From Eledone cirrhosa (taxonomy: Eukaryota), in assembly GCA_964016885.1 (NCBI GenBank), contig OZ024742.1, forward strand, positions 201,748,001 through 201,812,000: DNA of 64,000 bases. Reading direction: 5' to 3'. Position 1 is the stretch's first letter. Each line of letters starts with the position of its first letter. Made by a program: the position numbers and the translations under genes. The notes below the pieces were generated by a model that made no database searches, was not told the origin of the DNA, and was given only the letters and a program-made list of their open reading frames with translations. Shown here in pieces: positions 35,301 to 51,697 of this stretch.

Positions 35301-38300
35301 AGCCACAACAATTACTATGACTACTCCCACCACCACTACAGCCACAACCACTACTATGACTACTACCACCACCACTACAGCCACAACAATTACTATGACT
35401 ACTCCCACCACCACTACAGCCACAACCACTACTATGACTACTACCACCACCACAGCAGCCACAACCACTACTATGACTACTACCACCACCACTACAGCCA
35501 CAACAACTATTAAGACTACTACCACCACTACTACAGCCACAACCATTACTATGACTACTACCACCACCACTACAGCCACAACTACTACTATGACTACTAC
35601 CACCACCACTACAGCCACAACCACTACTATAACTACTAACACCACCTCTACAGCCACAACCATTACTATGACTACTACCACCACCACTACAGCCACAACC
35701 ACTACTATTACTACTACCACCACCACTACAGCCACAACCACTGCTATGACTACTACCACCACAACTACAGCCACAACCACTACTATGACTACTACCACCA
35801 CCACTTCAGTCACAACCACTACTATGACTACTACCACCACCACTACAGCCACATCCTCTACTATGACTACTACCACCACCACTACAGCCACAACCATTAC
35901 TAAGACTACTACCACCACCACTACAGCCACAACCACTACTATGAGTACTACCACCACCACTACAGCCACAACCACTACTATGAGTACTAACACTACCACT
36001 GCAGCCACAACCATTGCTATGACTACCATCACCACTACTGCCACAACCATTACTATGACTACTACCACCACCACTAGAGCCACATCCACTACTATGACTA
36101 CTACCACCACCACTACAGCCACAACCATTACTATGACTACTACCACCACCACTACAGCCACAACCACTACTATGAGTACTAATACCACCACTGCAACCAC
36201 AACCATTACTATGACTACTACCACCACCACTACAGCCACAGCAACTATTAAGACTACTATCACCACTACTGCAGCCACAACCATTACTATGACTACCATC
36301 ACCACTACTGCCACAACCATTACTATGACTACTACCACCACCACTACAGCCACAACCATTACTATGACTACTACCACCACCACTACAGCCACAACCACTA
36401 CTATGACTACTACAACCACCACTACAGCCACAACCACTACTATGACTACTACCACCACCACTACAGCCACAACCATTACTATGACTACTACCACCAACAC
36501 TACAGCCACAACCACTACTATAACTACTAACACCACCTCTACAGCCACAACCATTACTATGACTACTACCACCACCACCACTACAGCCACAACCACTACT
36601 ATGACTACTACCACCACCACTACAGCCACAACCACTACTATGACTACTACCACCACCACTACAGCCACAACCACTACTATGACTACTACCACCACCACTT
36701 CAGTCACAACCACTACTATGACTACTACCACCACCACTACAGCCACATCCTCTACTATGACTACTACCACCACCACTACAGCCACAACCATTACTATGAC
36801 TACTACCATCACCACTACAGCCACAACCGCTACTATGACTACTACCACCACCATTACAGCCACAACCACTACTATGACTACTACCACCACCACTACAGCT
36901 AGAACCACTACTATGACTACTACCACCACCACTAGAGCTACATCCACTACTATGACTACTGTCACCAACACTGCAGCCACAACCATTACTATGACTACTA
37001 CCACCACCACTACAGCCACATCCTCTACTATGACTACTACCACCACCACTACAGCCACAACCATTACTAAGACTACTACCACCACCACTACAGCCACAAC
37101 CACTACTATGAGTACTACCACCACCACTACAGCCACAACCACTACTATGAGTACTAACACTACCACTGCAGCCACAACCATTGCTATGACTACCATCACC
37201 ACTACTGCCACAACCATTACTATGACTACTACCACCACCACTAGAGCCACATCCACTACTATGACTACTACCACCACCACTACAGCCACAACCATTACTA
37301 TGACTACTACCACCACCACTACAGCCACAACCACTACTATGAGTACTAATACCACCACTGCAACCACAACCATTACTATGACTACTACCACCACCACTAC
37401 AGCCACAGCAACTATTAAGACTACTATCACCACTACTGCAGCCACAACCATTACTATGACTACCATCACCACTACTGCCACAACCATTACTATGACTACT
37501 ACCACCACCACTACAGCCACAACCATTACTATGACTACTACCACCACCACTACAGCCACAACCACTACTATGACTACTACCACCACCACTACAGCCACAA
37601 CCACTACTATGACTACTACCACCACCACTACAGCCACAACCATTACTATGACTACTACCACCAACACTACAGCCACAACCACTACTATAACTACTAACAC
37701 CACCTCTACAGCCACAACCATTACTATGACTACTACCACCACCACCACTACAGCCACAACCACTACTATGACTACTACCACCACCACTACAGCCACAACC
37801 ACTACTATGACTACTACCACCACCACTACAGCCACAACCACTACTATGACTACTACCACCACCACTTCAGTCACAACCACTACTATGACTACTACCACCA
37901 CCACTACAGCCACATCCTCTACTATGACTACTACCACCACCACTACAGCCACAACCATTACTATGACTACTACCATCACCACTACAGCCACAACCGCTAC
38001 TATGACTACTACCACCACCATTACAGCCACAACCACTACTATGACTACTACCACCACCACTACAGCTAGAACCACTACTATGACTACTACCACCACCACT
38101 AGAGCTACATCCACTACTATGACTACTGTCACCAACACTGCAGCCACAACCATTACTATGACTACTACCACCACCACTACAGCCACAACCGTTACTATGA
38201 CTACTACCACCACCACTACAGCCACAACCACTACTATGACTACTACCACCACCACTACAGCCACAATCACTACAATGACTACTGTCACCAACACTGCAGC

Positions 38301-41300
38301 CACAACCATTACTATGACTACTACCACCACCACTACAGCCACAACCATTACTATGACTACTACCACCACCACTACAGCCACAACCATTACTATGACTACT
38401 ACCACCCACACTACATCCACAACCACTACTATGACTACTACCACCACCACTACAGCCACAACCATTACTATGACTACTACCACCACCACTACAGCCACAA
38501 CCATTACTATGACTACTACCACCACCACTACAGCCACAACCACTATTATGACTACTACCACCACCACTACAGCCACAACAATTACTATGACTACTCCCAC
38601 CACCACTACAGCCACAACCACTACTATGACTACTACCACCACCACTACAGCTAGAACCACTACTATGACTACTACCACCACCACTAGAGCTACATCCACT
38701 ACTATGACTACTGTCACCAACACTGCAGCCACAACCATTACTATGACTACTACCACCACCACTACAGCCACAACCGTTACTATGACTACTACCACCACCA
38801 CTACAGCCACAACCACTACTATGACTACTACCACCACCACTACAGCCACAATCACTACAATGACTACTGTCACCAACACTGCAGCCACAACCATTACTAT
38901 GACTACTACCACCACCACTACAGCCACAACCATTACTATGACTACTACCACCACCACTACAGCCACAACCATTACTATGACTACTACCACCCACACTACA
39001 TCCACAACCACTACTATGACTACTACCACCACCACTACAGCCACAACCATTACTATGACTACTACCACCACCACTACAGCCACAACCATTACTATGACTA
39101 CTACCACCACCACTACAGCCACAACCACTATTATGACTACTACCACCACCACTACAGCCACAACAATTACTATGACTACTCCCACCACCACTACAGCCAC
39201 AACCACTACTATGACTACTACCACCACCACTACAGCCACAACAATTACTATGACTACTCCCACCACCACTACAGCCACAACCACTACTATGACTACTACC
39301 ACCACCACAGCAGCCACAACCACTACTATGACTACTACCACCACCACTACAGCCACAACAACTATTAAGACTACTACCACCACTACTACAGCCACAACCA
39401 TTACTATGACTACTACCACCACCACTACAGCCACAACTACTACTATGACTACTACCACCACCACTACAGCCACAACCACTACTATAACTACTAACACCAC
39501 CTCTACAGCCACAACCATTACTATGACTACTACCACCACCACTACAGCCACAACCACTACTATTACTACTACCACCACCACTACAGCCACAACCACTGCT
39601 ATGACTACTACCACCACAACTACAGCCACAACCACTACTATGACTACTACCACCACCACTTCAGTCACAACCACTACTATGACTACTACCACCACCACTA
39701 CAGCCACATCCTCTACTATGACTACTACCACCACCACTACAGCCACAACCATTACTAAGACTACTACCACCACCACTACAGCCACAACCACTACTATGAG
39801 TACTACCACCACCACTACAGCCACAACCACTACTATGAGTACTAACACTACCACTGCAGCCACAACCATTGCTATGACTACCATCACCACTACTGCCACA
39901 ACCATTACTATGACTACTACCACCACCACTAGAGCCACATCCACTACTATGACTACTACCACCACCACTACAGCCACAACCATTACTATGACTACTACCA
40001 CCACCACTACAGCCACAATCACTACTATGAGTACTAACACCACCACTGCAACCACAACCATTACTATGACTACTACCACCACCACTACAGCCACAGCAAC
40101 TATTAAGACTACTATCACCACTACTGCAGCCACAACCATTACTATGACTACCATCACCACTACTGCCACAACCATTACTATGACTACTACCAACACCACT
40201 ACAGCCACAACCATTACTATGACTACTACCACCACCACTACAGCCACAACCACTACTATGACTACTACCACCACCACTACAGCCACAACCACTACTATGA
40301 CTACTACCACCACCACTACAGCCACAACCATTACTATGACTACTACCACCAACACTACAGCCACAACCACTACTATAACTACTAACACCACCTCTACAGC
40401 CACAACCATTACTATGACTACTACCACCACCACCACTACAGCCACAACCACTACTATGACTACTACCACCACCACTACAGCCACAACCACTACTATGACT
40501 ACTACCACCACCACTACAGCCACAACCACTACTATGACTACTACCACCACCACTTCAGTCACAACCACTACTATGACTACTACCACCACCACTACAGCCA
40601 CATCCTCTACTATGACTACTACCACCACCACTACAGCCACAACCATTACTATGACTACTACCATCACCACTACAGCCACAACCGCTACTATGACTACTAC
40701 CACCACCATTACAGCCACAACCACTACTATGACTACTACCACCACCACTACAGCTAGAACCACTACTATGACTACTACCACCACCACTAGAGCTACATCC
40801 ACTACTATGACTACTGTCACCAACACTGCAGCCACAACCATTACTATGACTACTACCACCACCACTACAGCCACAACCGTTACTATGACTACTACCACCA
40901 CCACTACAGCCACAACCACTACTATGACTACTACCACCACCACTACAGCCACAATCACTACTATGACTACTGTCACCAACACTGCAGCCACAACCATTAC
41001 TATGACTACTACCACCACCACTACAGCCACAACCATTACTATGACTACTACCACCACCACTACAGCCACAACCATTACTATGACTACTACCACCCACACT
41101 ACATCCACAACCACTACTATGACTACTACCACCACCACTACAGCCACAACCATTACTATGACTACTACCACCACCACTACAGCCACAACCATTATTATGA
41201 CTACTACCACCACCACTACAGCCACAACCACTATTATGACTACTACCACCACCACTACAGCCACAACAATTACTATGACTACTCCCACCACCACTACAGC

Positions 41301-44202
41301 CACAACCACTACTATGACTACTACCACCACCACTACAGCCACAACAATTACTATGACTACTCCCACCACCACTACAGCCACAACCACTACTATGACTACT
41401 ACCACCACCACAGCAGCCACAACCACTACTATGACTACTACCACCACCACTACAGCCACAACAACTATTAAGACTACTACCACCACTACTACAGCCACAA
41501 CCATTACTATGACTACTACCACCACCACTACAGCCACAACTACTACTATGACTACTACCACCACCACTACAGCCACAACCACTACTATAACTACTAACAC
41601 CACCTCTACAGCCACAACCATTACTATGACTACTACCACCACCACTACAGCCACAACTACTACTATTACTACTACCACCACCACTACAGCCACAACCACT
41701 GCTATGACTACTACCACCACAACTACAGCCACAACCACTACTATGACTACTACCACCACCACTTCAGTCACAACCACTACTATGACTACTACCACCACCA
41801 CTACAGCCACAACCACTACTATGACTACTACCACCACCACTACAGCCACAACCACTACTATGACTACTACCACCACCACTTCAGTCACAACCACTACTAT
41901 GACTACTACCACCACCACTACAGCCACATCCTCTACTATGACTACTACCACCACCACTACAGCCACAACCATTACTATGACTACTACCATCACCACTACA
42001 GCCACAACCGCTACTATGACTACTACCACCACCACTACAGCCACAACCGTTACTATGACTACTACCACCACCACTACAGCCACAACCACTACTATGACTA
42101 CTACCACCACCACTACAGCCACAATCACTACTATGACTACTGTCACCAACACTGCAGCCACAACCATTACTATGACTACTACCACCACCACTACAGCCAC
42201 AACCATTACTATGACTACTACCACCACCACTACAGCCACAACCATTACTATGACTACTACCACCCACACTACATCCACAACCACTACTATGACTACTACC
42301 ACCACCACTACAGCCACAACCATTACTATGACTACTACCACCACCACTACAGCCACAACCATTACTATGACTACTACCACCACCACTACAGCCACAACCA
42401 CTATTATGACTACTACCACCACCACTACAGCCACAACAATTACTATGACTACTCCCACCACCACTACAGCCACAACCACTACTATGACTACTACCACCAC
42501 CACTACAGCCACAACAATTACTATGACTACTCCCACCACCACTACAGCCACAACCACTACTATGACTACTACCACCACCACAGCAGCCACAACCACTACT
42601 ATGACTACTACCACCACCACTACAGCCACAACAACTATTAAGACTACTACCACCACTACTACAGCCACAACCATTACTATGACTACTACCACCACCACTA
42701 CAGCCACAACTACTACTATGACTACTACCACCACCACTACAGCCACAACCACTACTATAACTACTAACACCACCTCTACAGCCACAACCATTACTATGAC
42801 TACTACCACCACCACTACAGCCACAACCACTACTATTACTACTACCACCACCACTACAGCCACAACCACTGCTATGACTACTACCACCACAACTACAGCC
42901 ACAACCACTACTATGACTACTACCACCACCACTTCAGTCACAACCACTACTATGACTACTACCACCACCACTACAGCCACATCCTCTACTATGACTACTA
43001 CCACCACCACTACAGCCACAACCATTACTAAGACTACTACCACCACCACTACAGCCACAACCACTACTATGAGTACTACCACCACCACTACAGCCACAAC
43101 CACTACTATGAGTACTAACACTACCACTGCAGCCACAACCATTGCTATGACTACCATCACCACTACTGCCACAACCATTACTATGACTACTACCACCACC
43201 ACTAGAGCCACATCCACTACTATGACTACTACCACCACCACTACAGCCACAACCATTACTATGACTACTACCACCACCACTACAGCCACAACCACTACTA
43301 TGAGTACTAACACCACCATTGCAACCACAACCATTACTATGACTACTACCACCACCACTACAGCCACAGCAACTATTAAGACTACTATCACCACTACTGC
43401 AGCCACAACCATTACTATGACTACCATCACCACTACTGCCACAACCATTACTATGACTACTACCACCACCACTAGAGCCACATCCACTACTATGACTACT
43501 ACCACCACCACTACAGCCACAACCATTACTATGACTACTACCACCACCACTACAGCCACAACCACTACTATGAGTACTAACACCACCACTGCAACCACAA
43601 CCATTACTATGACTACTACCACCACCACTACAGCCACAGCAACTATTAAGACTACTATCACCACTACTGCAGCCACAACCATTACTATGACTAACATCAC
43701 CACTACTGCCACAACCATTACTATGACTACTACCACCACCACTACAGCCACAACCATTACTATGACTACTACCACCACTACTACAGCCACAAACACTACT
43801 ATGACTACTTCCACCACCAATACAGCCACAACCACTACTATGACTACTACCACCACCACTACAGCCACAACCACTACTATGACTACTACCACCACCACTA
43901 CAGCCACAACCACTACTATGACTACTACCACCACCACTACAGCCACAACCACTACTATGACTACTACCACCACCACTACAGCCACAACCATTACTATGAC
44001 TACTACCACCACCACTACAGCCATCACCATTACTATGACTACTACCACCACCACTACAGCCACAACCACTACTATGACTACTACCACCACCACTACAGCC
44101 ACAACCACTACTATGACTACTACCACCACCACTACAGCCACAACCACTACTATGACTACTACCACCACCACTACATCCACAAAAACTATTAAGACTACTT
44201 AA
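29320..44202 (+). other. Uninterrupted 4960-codon Thr-rich, mucin PTS-like open frame in array layer B; coding status unproven
   Basis: No frameshift or stop over 14.9 kb; ends at TAA (44200-44202). No signal peptide or globular domain is visible. ACN codons need at least two substitutions to become stops, so openness is weak evidence of coding. Confidence 0.25.
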
Positions 44203-45030
44203 ACCACTACTACAGCCACAACCATTACTATGACTACTACCACCACCACTACAGCCACAACTACTACTATGACTACTACCACCACCACTACAGCCACAAC
44301 CACTACTATAACTACTAACACCACCTCTACAGCCACAACCATTACTATGACTACTACCACCACCACTACAGCCACAACCACTACTATTACTACTACCACC
44401 ACCACTACAGCCACAACCATTACTATGACTACTACCACCCACACTACATCCACAACCACTACTATGACTACTACCACCACCACTACAGCCACAGCAACTA
44501 TTAAGACTACTATCACCACTACTGCAGCCACAACCATTACTATGACTACCATCACCACTACTGCCACAACCATTACTATGACTACTACCACCACCACTAG
44601 AGCCACATCCACTACTATGACTACTACCACCACCACTACAGCCACAACCATTACTATGACTACTACCACCACCACTACAGCCACAACCACTACTATGAGT
44701 ACTAACACCACCACTGCAACCACAACCATTACTATGACTACTACCACCACCACTACAGCCACAGCAACTATTAAGACTACTATCACCACTACTGCAGCCA
44801 CAACCATTACTATGACTACCATCACCACTACAGCCACAACCACTACTATGACTACTACCACCACTACTACAGCCACAAACACTACTATGACTACTTCCAC
44901 CACCAATACAGCCACAACCACTACTATGACTACTACCACCACCACTACAGCCACAACCACTACTATGACTACTACCACCACCACTACAGCCACAACCACT
45001 ACTATGACTACTACCACCACCACTACAGCC
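29320..45030. repeat. Higher-order repeat layer B: reshuffled units of about 1-2.1 kb
   Basis: Layer-specific marker actgctatgactactaccaccacaact at 30721, 32824, 33871, 35740, 39595, 41698 and 42868, with a 2103-bp spacing seen twice. The variant attaagactactatcacc is also specific to this layer. Confidence 0.85.
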
Positions 45031-45041
45031 ACAACGATACT

Positions 45042-48000
45042 ATGACTACTACCACCACCACTACAGCCACAACCATTACTATGACTACTACCACCACCAC
45101 TACAGCCATCACCATTACTATGACTACTACCACCACCACTACAGCCACAACCACTACTATGACTACTACCACCACCACTACAGCCACAACCACTACTATG
45201 ACTACTACCACCACCACTACAGCCACAACCACTACTATGACTACTACCACCACCACTACATCCACAACCACTACTATGACTACTACCACCACCACTACAG
45301 CCACAACCACTACTATGACTACTACCACCACCACTACAGCCACAACCATTACTATGACTACTACCACCACCACTACAGCCACAACCACTACTATGACTAC
45401 TACCACCAACACTGCAGCCACAATCATTACTATGACTAATACCACCACCACTACAGCCACAACCACAACTATGACTACTACCACCAACACTGCAGCCACA
45501 ACCATTACTATGACAACTACCACCACCACTACAGCCACAACCATTACTATGACTACTACCACCACCACTACAGCCACAACCACTACTACATCTACTAACA
45601 CCACCACTACAGCCACAACCACTACTATGACTACTACCACCACCACTACAGCCACAACCACTACTATAATTACTACCACCAACTCTACAGCCACAACCAC
45701 TACTATGTCTACTACCACCACCACTACAGCCACAACCACTACTATGACTACTACCACCACCATTACAGCCACAACCACTACTTTGACTACTACCACCACC
45801 ACTACAGCCACAATCACTACCATGATTTCTACCACCTCAACTACAGCCACAAACATTACAGCCACATCCATTACTATGACTACTACCACCACCACTAGAG
45901 CCACAACCACTACTATGACTACTACCACCAACACTGCAGCCACAACCATTACAGCCACAACCATTACAGCCACAACCACTACTATGATTACTACCACCAC
46001 CACTACAGCCACAACCACTACTATGATTACTAAGACCACCACTACAGCAACAACCATTACTATGACTACTACCACCACCACTGCAGCCACAACCACTACA
46101 ATGACTACTACCACCACCACTACAGCCACAACCACTACTATGACTACTACCACCACCACTACAGCCACAATCACTACTATGACTACTGTCACCAACACTG
46201 CAGCCACAACCATTACTATGACTACTACCACCACCACTACAGCCACAACCATTACTATGACTACTACCACTACCAATACAGCCACAACCACTACTATGAC
46301 TACTACCACCACCACTACAGCCACAATCACTACTATGACTACTGTCACCAACACTTCAGCCACAACCATTACTATGATTACTACCACCACCACTACAGCC
46401 ACAACCACTACTATGACTACTACCACCACCACTACAGCCACAACCATTACTATGACTACTACCACCACCACTACAGCCACAACCATTACTATGACTACTA
46501 CCACCCACACTACATCCACAACCACTACTATGACTACTACCACCACCACTACAGCCACAACCACTACTATGACTACTACCACCACCACTACAGCCACAAC
46601 CATTACTATGACTACTACCACCACCACTACAGCCACAACCATTACTATGACTACTACCACCACCACTACAGCCACAACCATTACTATGACTACTACCAAC
46701 ACCACTACAGCCACAACCACTACTATGACTACTACCACCACCACTACAGCCACAACAATTACTATGACTACTCCCACCACCACTACAGCTACAACCACTA
46801 CTATGACTACTACCACCACCACTACAGGCACAACAATTACTATGACTACTCCCACCACCATTACAGCCACAACCACTACTATGACTACTACCACCACCAC
46901 AGCAGCCACAACCACTACTATGACTACTACCACCACCACTACAGCCACAACAACTATTAAGACTACTACCACCACTACTACAGCCACAACCATTACTATG
47001 ACTACTACCACCACCACTAAAGCCACAACCACTACTATGACTACTACCACCACCACTACAGCCACAACCACTACTATAACTACTAACACCACCTCTACAG
47101 CCACAACCATTACTATGACTACTACCACCACCACTACAGCCACAACCACTACTATGACTACTACCACCACCACTACAGCCACAACCACTACTATGACTAC
47201 TACCACCACCACTACAGCCACAACCACTACTATGACTACTACCACCACCACTACAGCCACAACAACTACTATGACTACTACCACCACCACTACAGCCACA
47301 ACCACTACTATGACTACTACCACCACCACTACAGCCACAACCACTACTATGACTACTACCACCACCACTACAGCCACAACCACTACTATGACTACTACCA
47401 CCACCACTACAGCCACAACCACTACTAGGACTACTACCACCACCACTACAGCCACAACCACTACTATGACTACTACCACCACCACTACAGCCACAACCAC
47501 TACTATGACTACTACCACCACCACTACAGCCACAACAACTACTATGACTACTACCACCACCACTACAGCCACAACCACTACTATGACTACTACCACCACC
47601 ACTACAGCCACAACCACTACTATGACTACTACCACCACCACTACAGCCACAACCACTACTATGACTACTACCACCACCACTACAGCCACAACCACTACTA
47701 GGACTACTACCACCACCACTTCAGTCCCAACCACTACTATGACTACTACCACCACCACTACAGCCACAACCACTACTATAACTACTAACACCACCTCTAC
47801 AGCCACAACCATTACTATGACTACTACCACCACCACTACAGCCACATCCTCTACTATGACTACTACCACCACCACTACAGCCACAACCATTACTATGACT
47901 ACTACCACCACCACTATAGCCACAACCACTACTATGAGTACTACCACCACCACTACAGCCACAACCACTACTATGAGTACTGACACCACCACTACAGCCA

Positions 48001-51000
48001 CAACCATTACTATGACTACCATCACCACTACTGCCACAACCATTACTATGACTACTACCACCACCACTACAGCCACATCCACTACTATGACTACTACCAC
48101 CACCACTACAGCCACAACCATTACTATGACTACTACCACCACCACTACAGCCACAACCACTACTATGAGTACTAACACCACCACTGCAACCACAACCATT
48201 ACTATTACTTCTACCACCACCACTACAGCCACAGCAACTATTAAGACTACTACCACCACTACTGCAGCCACAACCATTACTATGACTACCATCACCACTA
48301 CTGCCACAACCATTACTATGACTACTACCACCACCACTACAGCCACATCCACTACTATGACTACTACTACCACCACTACAGCCACAACCACTACTATGAC
48401 TACTACCACCACCACTACAGCCACAACCACTACTATGACTACTACCACCACCACTACTATGACTACTACCACCACCACTACATCCACAACCACTACTATG
48501 ACTACTACCACCACCACTACAGCCACAACCACTACTATGACTACTACCACCACCACTACAGCCACAACCATTACTATGACTACTACCACCACCACTACAG
48601 CCACAACCACTACTATGACTACTACCACCAACACTGCAGCCACAATCATTACTATGACTAATACCACCACCACTACAGCCACAACCACAACTATGACTAC
48701 TACCACCAACACTGCAGCCACAACCATTACTATGACAACTACCACCACCACTACAGCCACAACCATTACTATGACTACTACCACCACCACTACAGCCACA
48801 ACCACTACTACATCTACTAACACCACCACTACAGCCACAACCACTACTATGACTACTACCACCACCACTACAGCCACAACCACTACTATAATTACTACCA
48901 CCAACTCTACAGCCACAACCACTACTATGTCTACTACCACCACCACTACAGCCACAACCACTACTATGACTACTACCACCACCATTACAGCCACAACCAC
49001 TACTTTGACTACTACCACCACCACTACAGCCACAATCACTACCATGATTTTTACCACCTCAACTACAGCCACAAACATTACAGCCACATCCATTACTATG
49101 ACTACTACCACCACCACTAGAGCCACAACCACTACTATGACTACTACCACCAACACTGCAGCCACAACCATTACAGCCACAACCATTACAGCCACAACCA
49201 CTACTATGATTACTACCACCACCACTACAGCCACAACCACTACTATGATTACTAAGACCACCACTACAGCAACAACCATTACTATGACTACTACCACCAC
49301 CACTGCAGCCACAACCACTACAATGACTACTACCACCACCACTACAGCCACAACCACTACTATGACTACTACCACCACCACTACAGCCACAATCACTACT
49401 ATGACTACTGTCACCAACACTGCAGCCACAACCATTACTATGACTACTACCACCACCACTACAGCCACAACCATTACTATGACTACTACCACTACCAATA
49501 CAGCCACAACCACTACTATGACTACTACCACCACCACTACAGCCACAATCACTACTATGACTACTGTCACCAACACTGCAGCCACAACCATTACTATGAT
49601 TACTACCACCACCACTACAGCCACAACCACTACTATGACTACTACCACCACCACTACAGCCACAACCATTACTATGACTACTACCACCACCACTACAGCC
49701 ACAACCATTACTATGACTACTACCACCCACACTACATCCACAACCACTACTATGACTACTACCACCACCACTACAGCCACAACCACTACTATGACTACTA
49801 CCACCACCACTACAGCCACAACCATTACTATGACTACTACCACCACCACTACAGCCACAACCATTACTATGACTACTACCACCACCACTACAGCCACAAC
49901 CATTACTATGACTACTACCAACACCACTACAGCCACAACCACTACTATGACTACTACCACCACCACTACAGCCACAACAATTACTATGACTACTCCCACC
50001 ACCACTACAGCTACAACCACTACTATGACTACTACCACCACCACTACAGGCACAACAATTACTATGACTACTCCCACCACCATTACAGCCACAACCACTA
50101 CTATGACTACTACCACCACCACAGCAGCCACAACCACTACTATGACTACTACCACCACCACTACAGCCACAACAACTATTAAGACTACTACCACCACTAC
50201 TACAGCCACAACCATTACTATGACTACTACCACCACCACTAAAGCCACAACCACTACTATGACTACTACCACCACCACTACAGCCACAACCACTACTATA
50301 ACTACTAACACCACCTCTACAGCCACAACCATTACTATGACTACTACCACCACCACTACAGCCACAACCACTACTATGACTACTACCACCACCACCACTA
50401 CAGCCACAACCACTACTATGACTACTACCACCACCACTACAGCCACAACCACTACTATGACTACTACCACCACGACTTCAGTCACAACCACTACTATGAC
50501 TACTACCACCACCACTACAGCCACAACAACTACTATGACTACTACCACCACCACTACAGCCACAACCACTACTATGACTACTACCACCACCACTACAGCC
50601 ACAACCACTACTATGACTACTACCACCACCACTACAGCCACAACCACTACTATGACTACTACCACCACCACTACAGCCACAACCACTACTAGGACTACTA
50701 CCACCACCACTTCAGTCCCAACCACTACTATGACTACTACCACCACCACTACAGCCACAACCACTACTATAACTACTAACACCACCTCTACAGCCACAAC
50801 CATTACTATGACTACTACCACCACCACTACAGCCACATCCTCTACTATGACTACTACCACCACCACTACAGCCACAACCATTACTATGACTACTACCACC
50901 ACCACTATAGCCACAACCACTACTATGAGTACTACCACCACCACTACAGCCACAACCACTACTATGAGTACTGACACCACCACTACAGCCACAACCATTA

Positions 51001-51690
51001 CTATGACTACCATCACCACTACTGCCACAACCATTACTATGAGTACTAACACCACCACTGCAACCACAACCATTACTATTACTTCTACCACCACCACTAC
51101 AGCCACAGCAACTATTAAGACTACTACCACCACTACTGCAGCCACAACCATTACTATGACTACCATCACCACTACTGCCACAACCATTACTATGACTACT
51201 ACCACCACCACTACAGCCACATCCACTACTATGACTACTACTACCACCACTACAGTCACAATCACTACTATGACTACTACCACCACTACTACAGCCACTA
51301 CCACTACTATGACTAGTACCTCCACTACTACAGCCACAACCACTACTATGACTACTACCACCACCACTACAGCCACAACCACTACTATGACTACTACCAC
51401 CACCACTACAGCCACAACCACTACTATGACTACTACCACCACCACTACAGCCACAACCATTACTATGACTACTACCACCACCACTACAGCCACAACCACT
51501 ACTATGACTACTACCACCACCACTAGAGCTACAACCACTACTATGACTACTACCACCACTACTACAGCCACAACCACTACTATGACTACTACCACCACTA
51601 CTACAGCCACAACCATTACTATGACTACTACCACCACCACTACAGCCACAACCACTACTATGACTACTACCACCACTACTACAGCCACAC
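45042..51690. repeat. Higher-order repeat layer C: about two copies of a 3.2-kb variant-rich block homologous to about 875-4400
   Basis: The rare variant string reading MISTTSTTATNITATSIT starts at 1966 and 45822, and at 49044 as MIFTT (3222 bp after 45822). The blocks also share the ITKTT and TTITATTITA variants. Confidence 0.9.
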
Positions 51691-51697
51691 CATTACT

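Noticed and set aside
2026-49730. Minus-strand SGGGSSHSSGCGC ORFs resembling loricrin or keratin-associated proteins
   Set aside because: This is the in-register antisense of Thr codons. It is repeatedly broken by TGA at each TCA variant, the frame is closed by TAA at 53003-53005, and no entry exon is visible.
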